A stretch of DNA of 64,000 bases from Eledone cirrhosa. Its lineage: Eukaryota. Under the pieces are notes generated by a model. It made no database searches. It was not told where the DNA came from and saw nothing but the letters and a program-made list of their open reading frames with translations. This document shows, in pieces, positions 12,842 through 27,283 of this stretch; position 1 is the first letter of the stretch; each line of letters opens with the position of its first letter. A program made the translations under genes and the position numbers. The DNA lies in the NCBI GenBank assembly GCA_964016885.1, contig OZ024747.1:14694001-14758000 (forward strand), in the 5' to 3' direction.

Positions 12842-13589
12842 TATATGTATATTACGTTAGGTATGTGTATTTAGCATTAGACTCCGTGTTTCTTTATACT
12901 GTATGTGACAGAATAGATTAAAAGCAGTTGAAGAAAAAAGACTTGCGGTCTATATAAAAGAAAATCCACTTCTTGATTGCTATTTTCCCTTCCTATATCT
13001 ATAGTTATCTCTATCGTATATTGGCAAACATTTTTGTGAAGAAGAAAAAATAATAATCTATGGAACAAATAACATTTCTTCTTTATCTTTCTTCCTTTCT
13101 TCAGTTCTTTGAAATAATATTATGTTGGATGACAGTGAATTTATATGTTAATACTACTGACGGAATATCGTATTAAAATTTTGTCTGTAGTGCTGCTGAT
13201 GGCTTGTAAAGAGACTGTAGTGTTTGTTGTGGCAGGATCTGCAGGAATATAGAAAGAAAAACGTACGATAGACTGAAAAGAAGATACACACAAAAAGAGA
13301 GGTTTTAATCGAGTTAGGATGAAAAGAGTGTGAATGTTATAGAAGTTGTCATAAAACTGTAAAAAACTATAATTTTACATTGAAATATCTCCCTAACATG
13401 AAATGGTATTTAAAGTCAAAACATACCAGGTGTATTTAATATATATCTACATTATTTTATATCAACAACCTCATACAAGTATTTCTTCCGAGTATGCAAG
13501 TGTGTATTTAATGCAGCTCTCTCCAGAGTCCATATATAAATATAAATACACACACACACATGTGTGTGTGTGTATATATATATATTCTT

Positions 13590-13915
13590 CGTCTATAATC
13601 TGTTACCGGTGTCATGACGAAGTTCCTGCTCCAGCTGACCCTGCCTAGCATTGTCATCTTCAAGAACATCCTTCAGGGTGGTGGTTGGTCTCAGGATGCG
13701 CCTGAACCCATCAGAAAAGAACTCTGCGACGAGATTCTTTGTGTCGTTTCACATGTCCGCTTAATGCGAGCCTCTTGCCTTATGTTGTCAGAAAGGCGAA
13801 AGTGTGAGCCATAGAGTAATTCCTTCCCTACGTGTGTTCTCCAGGATATATTCTGCACCATTCTCGTTATCCGTATGTGAGTGGTTTTGTCGTCAGTGTC
13901 GATCAATTAGATCTG
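13590..13915 (-). mobile_element. Degenerate RTE-type LINE 3' fragment
   Basis: Minus frame ..RMVQNISWRTHVGKELLYG..RLSDNIR, then frameshifted RRLALSGHVKRH. Confidence 0.65.
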
Positions 13916-13943
13916 TAAAGAAGAATAAAGTCAACCGTGGCTC

Positions 13944-13972
<29 letters not shown>

Positions 13973-13978
<6 letters not shown>

Positions 13979-14230
13979 GGATTTTAATGGATACAGTTTA
14001 GTTAAGAAGGAATTTATTGACACGTGTTTCTATAACAGTTACATAACGGTTATGCAACTGTTATAGAAACACGTGTCAATAAATTCCTTCTTAACTAAAC
14101 TGTATCCATTAAAATCCTTCTATTTTTCTCCGGATTACTTTTGGAACTACAACTGGAACCGTCGAGCAAACTCTGCGTGAGCTGTCCATCTACTGTGTGT
14201 AATATTTATATTACAACACTACGGAAAATA

Positions 14231-14233
<3 letters not shown>
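13973..14233. mobile_element. Family C hairpin insert (PLE-like terminus, 3' half of HHR)
   Basis: ~75-bp near-perfect inverted arms 13973-14047 / 14049-14123 plus a 110-nt extension. GAAAC-ACGT-GTC at 14066-14077. (TA)n-flanked. Confidence 0.75.
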
Positions 14234-14284
<51 letters not shown>

Positions 14285-14287
<3 letters not shown>

Positions 14288-14454
14288 TCTATGTATAGTA
14301 TATTTGGCAATGTACCGTATGTTTAATTAAAAACATTTAGAAGACCATACTCTATCAGTTTTAAAGTAGTGACGATGTCACTTACTTCTTTTCGGCGAAA
14401 GAAGGGAGATAAGCTGACAGTCTGTTTCACGCTGGTTGGCGTTCATCAGAGGCA
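14285..14454 (-). mobile_element. Family I PLE-like terminus with complete minimal HHR
   Basis: Minus strand CTGATGA-ACGC-CAACCA-GCGT-GAAACAGACTGTC-AGCT (14449-14412). Homologous to 29437-29562. The 3' end abuts (TA)n. Confidence 0.75.
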
Positions 14455-14819
14455 CGCAATCGGTCGACTGATGAGAAGGGATTGTCCTGTGTTTCGTCTG
14501 GTTTTTCATAATCTCCTCCCAACGTTTTTTATTCATTTTGTATGATATTAGCCATGTAGCCTACTTTTTTTTTAATATATAGACTTCATGCATGTATGCC
14601 ATCGTTTACAATTCCTTAGCAGTTAAGGAATATTAAACGATGGTATACATGTATGAACACTTAACTCTTACCTGATTCGTAGTAGTGCTGTAATGATATA
14701 CGGCGTTTCTTCGGCATTTAAACCTGACACAGCGTATCCTTATGTAGGTGTGAACCCAGTCAAATCCTTCCATTGAAAGAGGGGGCGACATTGAGAAATA
14801 GAAGGTGAGAACGTGATGT

Positions 14820-14925
14820 AGATAATAGAGACAGATTCGACTCCAGTACTTGACTGATACATTATTTATCAACTCGAAAATATGAAACGCAATCTTGACA
14901 TTGACAGTATTTGAACTCAGAGCAC
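14820..14925 (-). mobile_element. SINE family 1, degenerate fragment
   Basis: TTCGACTCCAGTACTTGACTGATAC..TTATCAAC..TTTGAACTCAG matches the SINE core. Confidence 0.55.
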
Positions 14926-16149
14926 AATTCGAGCTTCCTTTTATGAAACGATAAATGCAAAGTCAAATCTTTGGCCGTAGGTGCTACAAGAATACGTAAC
15001 GTTTTAAAGTAATATACTTATTCAAGTTGACAGAAATGGGTTGAACGATTTTCTGTAAATGAAAATGGTTGGTCGATTGGAGGAAACGTAAGATTACACA
15101 ATACATTAACATGGTTGATTAAATAGTATATTCTACAGACTCAATTCATTTCACTCTAATTAGGCGTTCGTCAATACATAAGAATAACAATGTGTTATAT
15201 TTGGTATATCAATATTTGAAGGCATAGAGTGCAAGTTGATTCATACTGTAAACAGGGTCGAGGTAAAACAATTTATAAGACGTTAATAGAAATTGATACA
15301 TATTTCAATAATAAATGGTCTATTTGAAGAAACTCTTACGGTTTTTGTAATTATTCAGTTTCATTAGTTGTCTTATTTGTTCCAGAATGTCACATGAGTT
15401 TATGGTCTTTATGAGTCTCTTTTATTACCTATTCATATACTAAAATCCCAATGAGTGCTAATTTTCCAGAAATAAACTCCTTCTCCAGCAGCAGACAATG
15501 GCTTTTGCTATTCGGTCGTCCATTAAATATTGCTTCTACAAAGTCGATTGATACTAGTGTCCTCCAAGGTATAAAATGGACAGCAATTGAAAGCAAGAGT
15601 AGATAGGAAATATTCGAAATGATTCAACTTTCCTGTCTGAACCATGTAATACAAATCACAGTTCAAAAGTCATAAGCATTTTAATTAAGATCGCATAGGT
15701 TAAATTACTAGTCGTCAAATACGATGAACATTTCCTCAGAGCTGGTGGTAAAATCAACGAACCTTCAACCCATTTACTCAAAGCAAATTTAATTAGATTT
15801 TACATTTATCGTTGGTTTGTGGAGGGGATTATATAACCTCATTAGAATAAATATTCATAATTTAAGAATAATGAAAATATTAGCAGAGGAATAAGAGAAA
15901 TTAATAATATTACTGTAATAATATGCGGAGGTAATATCGATGAATAATTCTAACCCATAAACACATTGTCAGTTATATGTTTCAACAATCATATATACCA
16001 TTATACATGGTTGAGTGTACACCTATATATGCATGCATATAATTATATGTGGATGCACACATCCACACACATACACAGCCGCGCACACACACACATACAC
16101 TCATACATACACACAGACATATATATATATATATACGTTCACACACACG

Positions 16150-16211
<62 letters not shown>

Positions 16212-16309
16212 TTGAATATTTACATTTATCTATTATAAAATGACATTATGATTGACAGAGAACAAAAACCCATTTTGTCACAGGAAAAATATTTTCGAAC
16301 ATAAACAAT

Positions 16310-16490
16310 TGTTTTGGTAATGTAGGAAGTTGATTAAATCGACCACCATACATGTATGGTACTACATTTTATCAACACCTGAAAGAAAAAAAAGGTAAAG
16401 TTGAAATTGGCTGGATTTGAAATCAGAACGTAAAGGGCTGTAACTATATGCCGCAAAGCATTTTGACCGAACCTTTACCAATCGAACAAG
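16310..16490 (-). mobile_element. SINE family 1, degenerate
   Basis: GATTAAATCGAC..GGTAAAGTTGA..GGATTTGAAATCAGAACGTAAAGG..GCCGCAAAGCAT. Confidence 0.7.
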
Positions 16491-16577
16491 TTAATGCTTT
16501 TCTTCCTTTATTCGATCTTGAGCCTTAACAAGGACATAATTAACCGTGTAAACAAAGAAAGCAGGTAAGAAATAATA

Positions 16578-16784
16578 GTTTCTTATATAGACACAAGGCC
16601 ATCAATTATAGGGGAAAGTCGATTAAATAGACCCCAGTGCGTGATTGGTAATTTATGTTATCAACCCGTAACAATGAAAGGCAAAGTTAACTTCGGCGGG
16701 ATTTGAACTCAGATCATAACGGTCCGTAACTCTATGCTGCAAAGCATTGCGTCCGACCCTCTACCGATACTGCCAATCCACCGC
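16578..16784 (-). mobile_element. SINE family 1, near full length
   Basis: Closely matches 1921-2131, including CCCTCTACCGATACTGCCAATCCACCGC. Confidence 0.85.
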
Positions 16785-16789
16785 TCTAG

Positions 16790-18140
16790 GTAATGAAACA
16801 ATGAATCAAAACAGAATTCTCCCAAAAGAGGAAGCATCCTCTACGGGTAGATTAGAAACACACATATCCGAAACCACACTAATCGACAATAGCAACCTAG
16901 TGGATTTTAATTTGTGCTCCTGTCAACTTTATACTTTCCTCTAAGTTGCTGACCACGTCGATTTCCGCGGTATTTGGCAGCATCACGGTGACGTTGTTCG
17001 CTTATGCCGTCGCAACCAATCCACGTTCCCGTTTGAGCTGGATGCTCTTTAAAAGATTCAGTTTCTGGAGTAGTGACTCGCGCCTCAGTACATACAGATG
17101 GTACAGATACGGTATCCTTGACGGATTGAGCACCTTATGTGAAACGGTTCCGATGCCCAACTGGTAGAGGGCTGTGAGCATCTGACAACATTCCAGATAC
17201 CAGACGCCCAGTCTTGATCTTGGCTTGACACACGACTTCAGCTCAGTCAAATAAAGGAGATGCGGAAAGACATGCCTAACAAATGCTGATCACACTTGTT
17301 CACCGTTGACATCTGGAGACGCCGTAGTCTAGTCTCGGGGTATGATTGCACATCATTTATCACAGAATTCCCAGAGCTCCATCTAGGGAGTACTGGCATC
17401 GGATGCATCATCTCACCAATAGAAACTGTCCCTTCCACAAGAATTTGAAAAACTAGACCTCCAATTTGGTGAAGCGTGAACAAGGAAAGGCACGATGAAC
17501 AGGTGGTACTAGATGACGGACACCGTTTACCTGTTCACCACCATACCCTGACCTTCCTCTTAGCCCATTTCTAGGTGAGAATGGCCACACTGCTGGTCAC
17601 CTCGCCCCAGTTCTTATCCGTCTTATCAGCTCCGAGCCAGACCCCGAGAACCTTCACTGGTCCGTCCTTCACTGGTCCGTCCTTCCAACATCGGATGAGG
17701 GTGTTGAACGGCATGAATTTTCTTCTCCGGTTGCTGATTTTTCCTAGTTGACCTTTGGTCCAGTCAATATAACTCCCCACAATAACATTCGATAGCTGCA
17801 TGACTAGGCCTTCCAGCTCCTGGGCTGCCAGCCCACAAACTTATCCGGATTAATCTTTAGTATTTTGCAGTTCATTAGGAAGGTGTCGACCATTTCAATT
17901 TCCAAAGTCTTTAGTATCATTTTGTTAACGTCATGCGCATATGCGTAGTCTCAGCTCTAGCGGAAGACCACCTCAATAGTTCCAGCTTCAACGGTAATAT
18001 CTCGAGCGTCAACACATAGTGAAGATAGGAGAGAGATTGCTCTTGTCGTAGCTGATTCAATCACTGAAATATTTCCGGTATCTGGCCACTGTGCATTGAA
18101 ACAAGTAATGAAGGGAGATAACTCTTCTTAATAAGATCAA
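16790..18140 (-). mobile_element. Decayed L1/Tx1-type LINE (RT and downstream region)
   Basis: Minus-strand remnants LSYLHYVLTLEIL.LKLE (cf. LSPLLYVLALEPL), AYAHDV (cf. AYADDV), WKDGPVKVLGVWLG..DKNWGEV and WYLECCQML. Many stops and frameshifts. Confidence 0.7.
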
Positions 18141-18477
18141 TACGTAGGTTATAGAATAAGTTCCATCGAACTTTATTGTTTTATTGTTTTGAATTGTACC
18201 AAAACGCCAGGATCAGCCACGGTTATATAAGTTAATTCACTTGCCTGCCCTCCAGGAACTGTACGTCCTTGAATGAAGTTACTCTTGAAATTGTGATAGT
18301 CACCGTTGACTGATGCTTTTCTTCTTACTTACCATATTCAGAAGACGAGACTACACACACACACACACACACACACATACACACACACACACACATATAT
18401 ATATATGCATGTGTGTGCTTATGAATGTATGCAGTCATACATATTTGTATATACATAATCACAGCCCATCTTTAATT

Positions 18478-18518
<41 letters not shown>

Positions 18519-18539
18519 CATATATATATATATACATAC

Positions 18540-18665
<126 letters not shown>

Positions 18666-18984
18666 CGGTGTTCCGTATTAATGTACCTGTAAATTCTTTC
18701 GCCCTAACTATAATTTTGTTATTTCTGAAATATGTAATATTGTATAGCAGAATCGTATTCAATTAAGTTGCTAATTATCCCATCACCGATAAAGTTAAAT
18801 TACATTGGAATAACTACAGCTAACAGCCTTTTCTCTGTTAGCTAATGTAATTACCTTGTGTAATGTTTCATGAATATTCATCTAATATAACTTTGAAGAC
18901 AACGAAACAGCACTCATGTATTACGTCAGTAGAATTTTAACCAAGTTTTCTATTTGTAATCTTGCAACGCCATTCTGAATAATG

Positions 18985-19185
18985 ATTTATACTTTAGGGA
19001 CAAGGCCAGTAATTTTGGAAGAGAGGAAAGATCAATTAAATTGACCTCTGTACTTGATTAGTACTATATATTATCGATCCCGAAGAGGTGAATGACAAAT
19101 TTGACGTCTGCGGGATTTGAACCAAGAAAATAAAAGTCAGAATAAATACTGCTACACATTTGTCCGCCATTCCAGTCCACCGTCA
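18985..19185 (-). mobile_element. SINE family 1, degenerate
   Basis: GGACAAGGCCAGTAATTTT..TTATCGATCCCGAAGAGGTGAATGACAAA..GCGGGATTTGAAC. Confidence 0.7.
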
Positions 19186-19249
19186 ATCCTTCTCTCATTT
19201 TGGATAATAAACCCAGACTTTTATTGTAAGTAATATGATTTTCTTCCTG

Positions 19250-19590
19250 TTTAACTAGGATGAAAGGCCTCCGTGATTTATAAATGTTTGGTAGTTTTTT
19301 TAAGCTGGAGATGTAGCCTGATTGTTTGCAACAGCATAATTCCCACAACAGGCAACCAGTCAGTGATGTCGTCCTGTCATCGCCTATGGCTCCGAGCATT
19401 ACACTCTTGATCATCCACCTGTTTGACATGTGACAAATGTGGCCTAACGACCCAAGCTACGTTAGCATAATCGTCTGCCGTAGCCTTTTTCTTCGCTAAA
19501 TGCGCCCCAGGTGGTTTGTGCTGGTGACATGGTCGTTCCTTCTGATGTTCAGCATATGTACCTTCCTCCAACACGAAACCTAACCATTGT
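19250..19590 (-). mobile_element. Degenerate RTE LINE 3' fragment
   Basis: Minus frame CWRKVHMLNIRRNDHVT..LGHICHMSNRWMIKSVMLG resembles the RTE C-terminus. Confidence 0.55.
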
Positions 19591-20479
19591 AATAATAAGG
19601 AAAATATAAAATGTTGCACTAGTTTATTTTTAGTATAAGTTATCCTTATGAACGAACCTCTATATGATTGATTAACCGCTAGAAATATAAACCAAATATC
19701 TCTCAAATTTTACACTATAGTTTAAATATTGGAAGGATATGTCGAAAGAAGTAGACATAGTCATAAGCAATACTTATTAAGAAAAGCCGTGAATGTCGCG
19801 GTTGCTATCTGTCGGTTCACATGTCTCCCCTACTGGGACTGACTCGGGGCTATAAAGTAGGAAATAGTTAGTAACAGTTAGTTCCAGAAGAATCTGTTTC
19901 TTCTAATTCAGTAAAACTTTCTTGAAATCCAGATGTGTATAATTATCGTTGAATCTTATTATATAAGTTGATTATCGTCTCGTGGCTTACTGCAAGCATA
20001 ATTAAAATAAGATTGCTTTGAGCAGTAATTACAATAGGAAGAATTTCAAGACTCTTCCAGATTTGTCAAGAAATATAGATGCCTCTTGCTGTGAAACATA
20101 AACTTTATTCATTTCAGAAACATTGATTTATTAGAAATTAATGAATTTGCGAGACATTCCTTTTTTTCTAAACTTATTTTTGCTTATTATAAATGAAATG
20201 AAATGTCCACAAGTACCTATCGAAACTGACTTGCGAGTCATGATTTTAAGAATTTTACATACACCACTACACATTTCTATACATAGTGTAATAAATATTG
20301 TTTTCGTTGGACTAAAATTAACAGTCATGGTAACGCTGTCCCTCATACCTTATATAATATAGCAATTGTCATAAATTATGTCAACAAGGGTCAAATTAGG
20401 ATTAAAACTGTGACTGTTTTTATTTGCCCGAAGCTTACGACTTTCCTTCGAACAATCGTTACCACAAAAAGTCTGTTCC

Positions 20480-20705
20480 AAGCCTGGAAGCTCATCAAGC
20501 CACTCATAGTCCCTCTTTTATCGGCCTTAACGACTGGAATACAAAACTCCCCTCTAGAAAGGTGGCCAGTCCATTCCAACTATAATCTGTATTTATTAAT
20601 GTTACCCACTTTCAACTGCGCTTCATGGAGCAGCGTGAAATGAAGTGTTTTTCTCACCCAAGGCATTATGATTATATGTTCAACACCCTAAAATATAAGC
20701 CGGCG
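20480..20705 (-). mobile_element. SINE family 2, degenerate
   Basis: GCCAGTCCAT..GGAGCAGCGTGAAATGAAGTGTTTTTCTCA parallels 5230-5340. Confidence 0.5.
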
Positions 20706-21563
20706 ACCTTCAGAATCATTAAAATGCACACCAATATTACTTTCTACCTGAAACTTTAAATACAAATTAATATTTTAAATATGTCGTGTAAATATACTAT
20801 GTTTCCAAAAGAAGCTCTTTGAAACAAATACCATGTCAGCACATCATTTTCTTCTGTTAAGTTAATCTTAGATATAAACTATTACGTCTGTTTCTTCAGA
20901 CGTGTTAGAAAGTAAAATTCGATTCAATACATTCTTTCCCAATTTCGATGTCGTTTAAAACGAGTTTCATTTATTTCTGTGAACTGAGATAATATACATA
21001 ACATAGCTGTCTTTACTAGTCTCTTTCTCTTGACAACTTTTTGAAATATATCTGGGCACTATGAAATTCTATCAGAATACACTCAGGCTTGAATAGTGAT
21101 TAAACATCAATGAAATGAACTCCTATCAAGTGAAATATTCTACCTTCTTTTCAGCATATAATGTTTGATGGGTTTGAAAGAAGACTATTATAACAAATTA
21201 ATTGAATATGCCTGTAGATGCACTTACAATTTTATTCATTTTCCGAACATCAAAATCGACAGCTAAACGAAATCACGATGGTCCTCAGGCATCTACTTAT
21301 AGTTGACTAGTTGATGCCATTGCTGAAATAATGTGGCCCAATAGAAATATCCCTTATTTGTCACTGTTTCAATTCCAGTAACCAGAAGCAGACACTAGAT
21401 CTATTCAAAGTAACAGAAGTACAATAATTGCACAGACCATATCCTGCCACTTGTAGACAGAGTAATGTGTGATAATATTATTTATGATCGATTGCATTTA
21501 TCTAACTATCTGTCAGTCTCTCTGACTCTGTCACTCTCTGTCACATATAAATCTATGTCTATT

Positions 21564-21667
<104 letters not shown>

Positions 21668-23162
21668 AGTGTGTGAGGTGCGTATAATGGTGTCTTCATA
21701 CGAAATCACAATCGTTGTCTTTATTTTATCATTGAGTTAAGAATTCTTCTTTTAAACACTTTTTCGTAAAGCATTGATTATATAGCTTTGGTCAAATACA
21801 AACCTTTAAAAAAATATCTCTTCCATTCACCGTTCTATTGAGCGCTACATCCATCCAACAGCACTCAATTATACATTTGTATTATGCTTGTTAAGCAAAC
21901 ACAATAACATCTAAAGATCTGCACAAGTCATGAAAAAAAAAAAATACATAGAAAATAAAGAAATGGAAAACATGCCATCTTACAAATAAAAATAAAAGAA
22001 GGAAGCTGACAGTCAATTTTTTTAGCCTCTTGCTTGTGTGTAGTATTCCACGACCGCGAAAGGATGGTTTATTATATAATTCAGAATTAGATTATAGATA
22101 AGTCCGGGTATGCCGAATGAAATTAAGAAACTGTTAGTATTGAAGAAAATAATGATCTGTTGAAACGGCATGGCTTTACAAAAAAAAAAAGAAAAACACA
22201 CGTTAAACACGTAATATAAAGAATATTTCTAGTGTGGGCCTGTCTATTATAGTTGACAAATTTACTTTGACGAATTCTTTGGAATAGATAAAAATGTCAG
22301 TCAGACAAAAGCAATTTATAAAGGGAAAAAAAAAATTAGGTAAAAGTAAAACTAAACAGAAATAAAAACAAAAAAGAACAAAAAAAAAAATATATATATA
22401 TATAACACATTACAAACACCCCCAAAATACACAAAAAACAACGAAACAAACAAAGGAGCTGCAAAAGCGAACGAATGGAATATATGCCAGGGCCGTGAAG
22501 AGGATAAATGAATGTCTATAGTGAAGGAGATTATTGCTTTTTATGAACAGACCATTGTACAGCTTGGAAATCTATCTTTTATTTCTTCTATAGGTCCGAT
22601 CGTTGATCAGTGAATATCTGTCGACATATATCAATAGGTGCATATTGACATACACGTGCATATATAGACGTAATTACACAAATTCACCAACAACTACCAC
22701 AGCCTCACACAGGTTTATGTATGTATATATGGATATGTAAATATTTGTATCTTTCTCTCGCTATACGCTATAAATGTATGCATACTTACAAACACACACG
22801 CGCGCGCGCGCGCGGCTACACACGCGCACACATCCACACGGACACACGCACATACACATACACATACACACACACATATATGTATATATATATATATGAA
22901 CGTATATATATATTTATATACATATATATATGTCGGGGGTATGTGTGTGTATATAGCTCTCTCTCTCTCTCCCTTTATATATACACATATATATATCTAC
23001 ACACATATATATATACATACATATATATATATATATATAAATCTATATGTATGTCTATGTATAAGCATATATATGCGTACACATATACATATATATGATC
23101 TCTCTCTCTCTCTCTACACACACACATAGACACACACACACACACATACACACACACACACA

Positions 23163-23267
<105 letters not shown>

Positions 23268-23665
23268 GAGAACCAGGGAAACGTTTTATATACCAAAACT
23301 GTCAAGTGGATGCAACCTGATAACAGGATCTACCCGCAATGATTCACCATATTCAGCCACATTTATGCCAGACAACTGCATGCATGCTTACTCACGCATG
23401 CTTCCATGCATACACGCTTGTATGTATGCACGCATTTATGTATGAATGTTTCCTGGCTTTAGTCATAGGACTGCGGATCAAAGCAGCCCTGTACATAATT
23501 TGATTTGCTCCTGAATTTATCGATATATATTTATTTTAGCGGTAACTTACACATTAAATTTGATAAAACACCGGTTTTACGCAAATGTGCATAAACACAA
23601 ACACTTTAACTTGTGCAAATTACACACATACATAAAAAATATTCTATCTATCTATTTCTATTATA

Positions 23666-23904
23666 CAGAGCGTTCCTAAAGTCACTATACACTACTTTGT
23701 TTCTGTTCAGATAATTCAGGGAGACATGAGGCCGTCAGCATATGGCAGCTTAGACTTTGCAGATTGGATTATTTTCCTTTTGCAATGCATGAGGTAAAAG
23801 GACCACTGTTACAGAGGAAAATTCCTTGAAGATGTTCCAGGTGTTTGCTGTGCCACAACTTCAGGAGGTTAATGACCTTGTTTATGTCTTTCTCCAACAA
23901 GATG
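23666..23904 (+). mobile_element. Tc1/mariner remnant (left TIR and transposase fragment)
   Basis: TA|CAGAGCGTTCCTAAAGTCACTATACAC terminus. 23805-23904 encodes TVTEENSLKMFQVFAVPQLQEVNDLVYVFLQQD, the region before the second catalytic Asp. Confidence 0.6.
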
Positions 23905-23919
23905 TCACCACTCAAAAGC

Positions 23920-24195
23920 AAGGTTTATTGAGTGCGTAGCTCGAAGATTAGGGAGTCACTCCAAGTAGAGCAGCTATTTCTACGAATTGAGAGATCACAG
24001 CTCCGATACTATGGGTATGTGGTTAGAATATCCCAGGAAAGAAGCAAGATGGTTGGATACCATCCATGAGAATAGCTAGTCTCGCTTGGAGACCCAGCCG
24101 GATCAGTTGAAGACAGTTGCAACTGACAGGACCCAATAGAAGGAGTGTTTCAGGACTCTACCCCAAAGACCCTCCCAGGAATAATTGGGTGAAGC
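23920..24195 (+). mobile_element. RTE (Expander/Rex3-like) LINE 3' end
   Basis: VRSSKIRESLQVEQLFLRIERSQLRYYGYVVRISQE..RWLDTIHE..LKTVATDRTQ*..LPQRPSQE. Confidence 0.75.
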
Positions 24196-24344
24196 TTCTG
24201 TTTCTATTTCAATTCAAAACATCGCTCGTCGTATCCCAAACTTACATATATATATAAATAAAATGTGTATAATAAAATGTAATTGATCAAAGAACATCTA
24301 TTTTATTAATATTTATATTCTAATATATATATGTATATATATTA

Positions 24345-24440
24345 ATTTTTTCTACTTTAGGCACAAGGCCAGCAATTACCCAGTCCATTACTGGTACTTT
24401 ATTTTATCGACCCCGTAAGGAGGAAAAGCAAAGTCAACCT
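24345..24440 (-). mobile_element. SINE family 1, 3' half
   Basis: TTTCTACTTTAGGCACAAGGCCAGCAATT..CTGGTACTTTATTTTATCGACCCCG..AAAGTCAACCT. Confidence 0.8.
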
Positions 24441-24593
24441 ATATTAATATAAGATCAAAAGATGGTTAAAAGAGTTCCATGTTAACCATCTTTTGATCTT
24501 ATATTATTTATACTCCAGTCCTACAAACTGTAGAGTGCTACTTATCCGATATCTGCATTGCTTTATTGTACTACAATAAAACTCACCTCCTAC
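24441..24593. mobile_element. Family D hairpin insert (probable PLE terminus)
   Basis: 24-bp perfect inverted arms AATATAAGATCAAAAGATGGTTAA / TTAACCATCTTTTGATCTTATATT, plus an ~88-nt extension ending in (AT)n. Confidence 0.55.
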
Positions 24594-24685
24594 ATATATA
24601 TATATATTATATATATATTATATATCATCATCTTCGTTTAATGTACATTTTCCACGCTAGCATATATATATATATATATATATAT

Positions 24686-25042
24686 AAAATTGATATAAAC
24701 GGAGCAAGCAAGATTCAAACAATTTTTTAAAATAAATAAAAAAATATAATTTAAATATTCACTTATTCCTTTTACTTTTACCGACGGTTTCACCTTAAAA
24801 AAGATTGGAAATCCTAGGGACTTCAGAAAGCATTTTCTCTACCTAGGACGTAAAGTCCCAGGAACGGCAAAATATATTGCCATCTCCCAGCTAGTACAGT
24901 ATCGAATGAGGCCGTAAACTTGACCTGCACATGAACCAGGCCTAAGTAGAAGCGGAAGTAAACATAGACGTGTTGTCTATCACGCCACTAAAAATAGCAG
25001 CTAAATAAAACAACGGATTTGTTCTCTACATAACGGAGATTA
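24686..25042 (-). mobile_element. Family E PLE-like terminus, copy 1
   Basis: Minus strand GCTTT-CTGAAG..TTCCAATCTT..GGT-GAAACCGTC-GGTAAAAG. Homologous to 25250-25370 and 7720-7900. Confidence 0.65.
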
Positions 25043-25046
25043 TATA

Positions 25047-25470
25047 TAAAAAGAAGCTAATATCCCCACAGGTACTAAGTACCCCTGGAAATATATAGGG
25101 TGTCTATGATACAGTGATTGTTCTATGGTATTAATTTGACATACCAGACTAAAAAATTGAGATAAGCTGAGCAAGCAAGATTCAAACGACTTTTTAAAAT
25201 ATATTGAAAAATGTAATTTAAATATTCACCTATTCCTTTTGCTTTTACCAATCTTTTGTATGGTGAAACCGTCGGTAAAAGCAAAAGGAATAGGTGAATA
25301 TTTAAATTATATTTTTTAATTTATTAAAAAAAATTGTTTTAATCTTGCTTGCTCCGCTCATCTCAATTTTATAGTTCTGGTATGTCAAATTAATACCAGA
25401 GAAACACCACTGTACCACCCTATATATTTCCAGAGGTACTTAGTACCTGTGGGGGTATTGATCTCCTTTA
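25047..25470. mobile_element. Family E head-to-head pair (~200-bp imperfect inverted repeat)
   Basis: 25047-25249 is the diverged reverse complement of 25274-25470. GAAACCGTC at 25265-25273. Confidence 0.75.
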
Positions 25471-25477
25471 TATATAT

Positions 25478-25776
25478 ATGAAGTATTTCCGTAGAAAGGG
25501 GAAAGAAGGGAGAGTGCTCTATGTAAACTACAGAGCTATTTAATTATGTAATAAACAACACAATACAATTATTCCATTTACCAAAGGTTTCACGAAGACA
25601 GGCGAGCTCAATAGAGACGTCTGAGATCTTCATCAGAAAGGAATATCATCAGAAAGATATCCATATTAAATTTCCTTTTCTGATGAACGATCTCAAACGT
25701 CTTTATTGAGCTGGCCTGCCTTCGTTTAACATTTGGTAAATGGAATAATTGTATTGTGTTGTTTATTACATAATTA
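25478..25776. mobile_element. Family F hairpin insert with HHR-like core in both arms
   Basis: Inverted arms 25541-25643 / ~25672-25776 plus an ~63-nt extension. Minus strand CTGATGA-AGA..TCTTCGT-GAAACCTTTGGTA. Confidence 0.7.
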
Positions 25777-25799
25777 TATATATATATATGCGTGTGTGT

Positions 25800-26169
<370 letters not shown>

Positions 26170-26247
26170 CGTGTGTGCGTGCGTATATGTGTGTGTGTGT
26201 TAGGTAATTACAAAGGAAAAAAGAGTGCTCTATGTATAGAAATGAGC

Positions 26248-26284
<37 letters not shown>

Positions 26285-27081
26285 TATATATAGAAATTAT
26301 GGTTATTGAATAATAACAGCTGAATTAATTGGAAGTTAATTGCAATTACCACGGTTTATTAAAACAGAACTACAATCTAAAGAAATATGTAAGAGCTCTA
26401 TGAAAACAATAATTACGCCGCCACGTAATAACATCGGTATTTAAACAAAATTTTTTTCCATTATTTCCGTTCCGGTTTTTCATTTTACTTTTCAAAAATT
26501 TTTAAAATGGGATACAACCAAACCGAGTATAGTATATCTCTAATATGAAACAACACCAAATAATGAATAATGAGCAAATATTTATTTTAAATGTGTCTCT
26601 CTTCTATAGAAAATAGCAATATTCTTTTTTTCGAATATGTTTTGTGCCTTTTCATACGTGCTGCAAAATAATATTTAAAGCAAATTATTTTCTTACACTA
26701 TACAATGTAGTGAGAGTATATTTATAGCTATGTACAAGATAATAGATATGCTTGTATGTATAAATGTATTCATGTGTGTGTGATGACAGAGAGAAAGTGT
26801 AAGAGAAAGAGAGCATCTATGTCTGTGTTACGGTATTCTGTGGAAGTGTGTAAATACAACGCAAAAACATATATAATCAAATAATTCATGATATAAACAC
26901 GCGAATATCAAAACCATTCGTGTCTGGATATAGATAAAAGCAAGACAATATAAATATATTAATATTTCCATTTAGTTATATGTATATACGGTTACATTTC
27001 TAGTCAGATAAAACTATAGAACATTACATGTGTACGTATAATTCTGTAAGCATACATAAATGAATACATACAGAGATGCAT

Positions 27082-27184
<103 letters not shown>

Positions 27185-27252
27185 ACATATTCTTACACAT
27201 ACACACATGGAAGTATGTTTATATGTAGATATAAATAAATATATATATATAC

Positions 27253-27283
<31 letters not shown>

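Noticed and set aside
22575-22640. Polypyrimidine-TAG acceptor followed by AG/GT, a possible micro-exon
   Set aside because: Weak donor, no recognisable peptide and no partner exons found.
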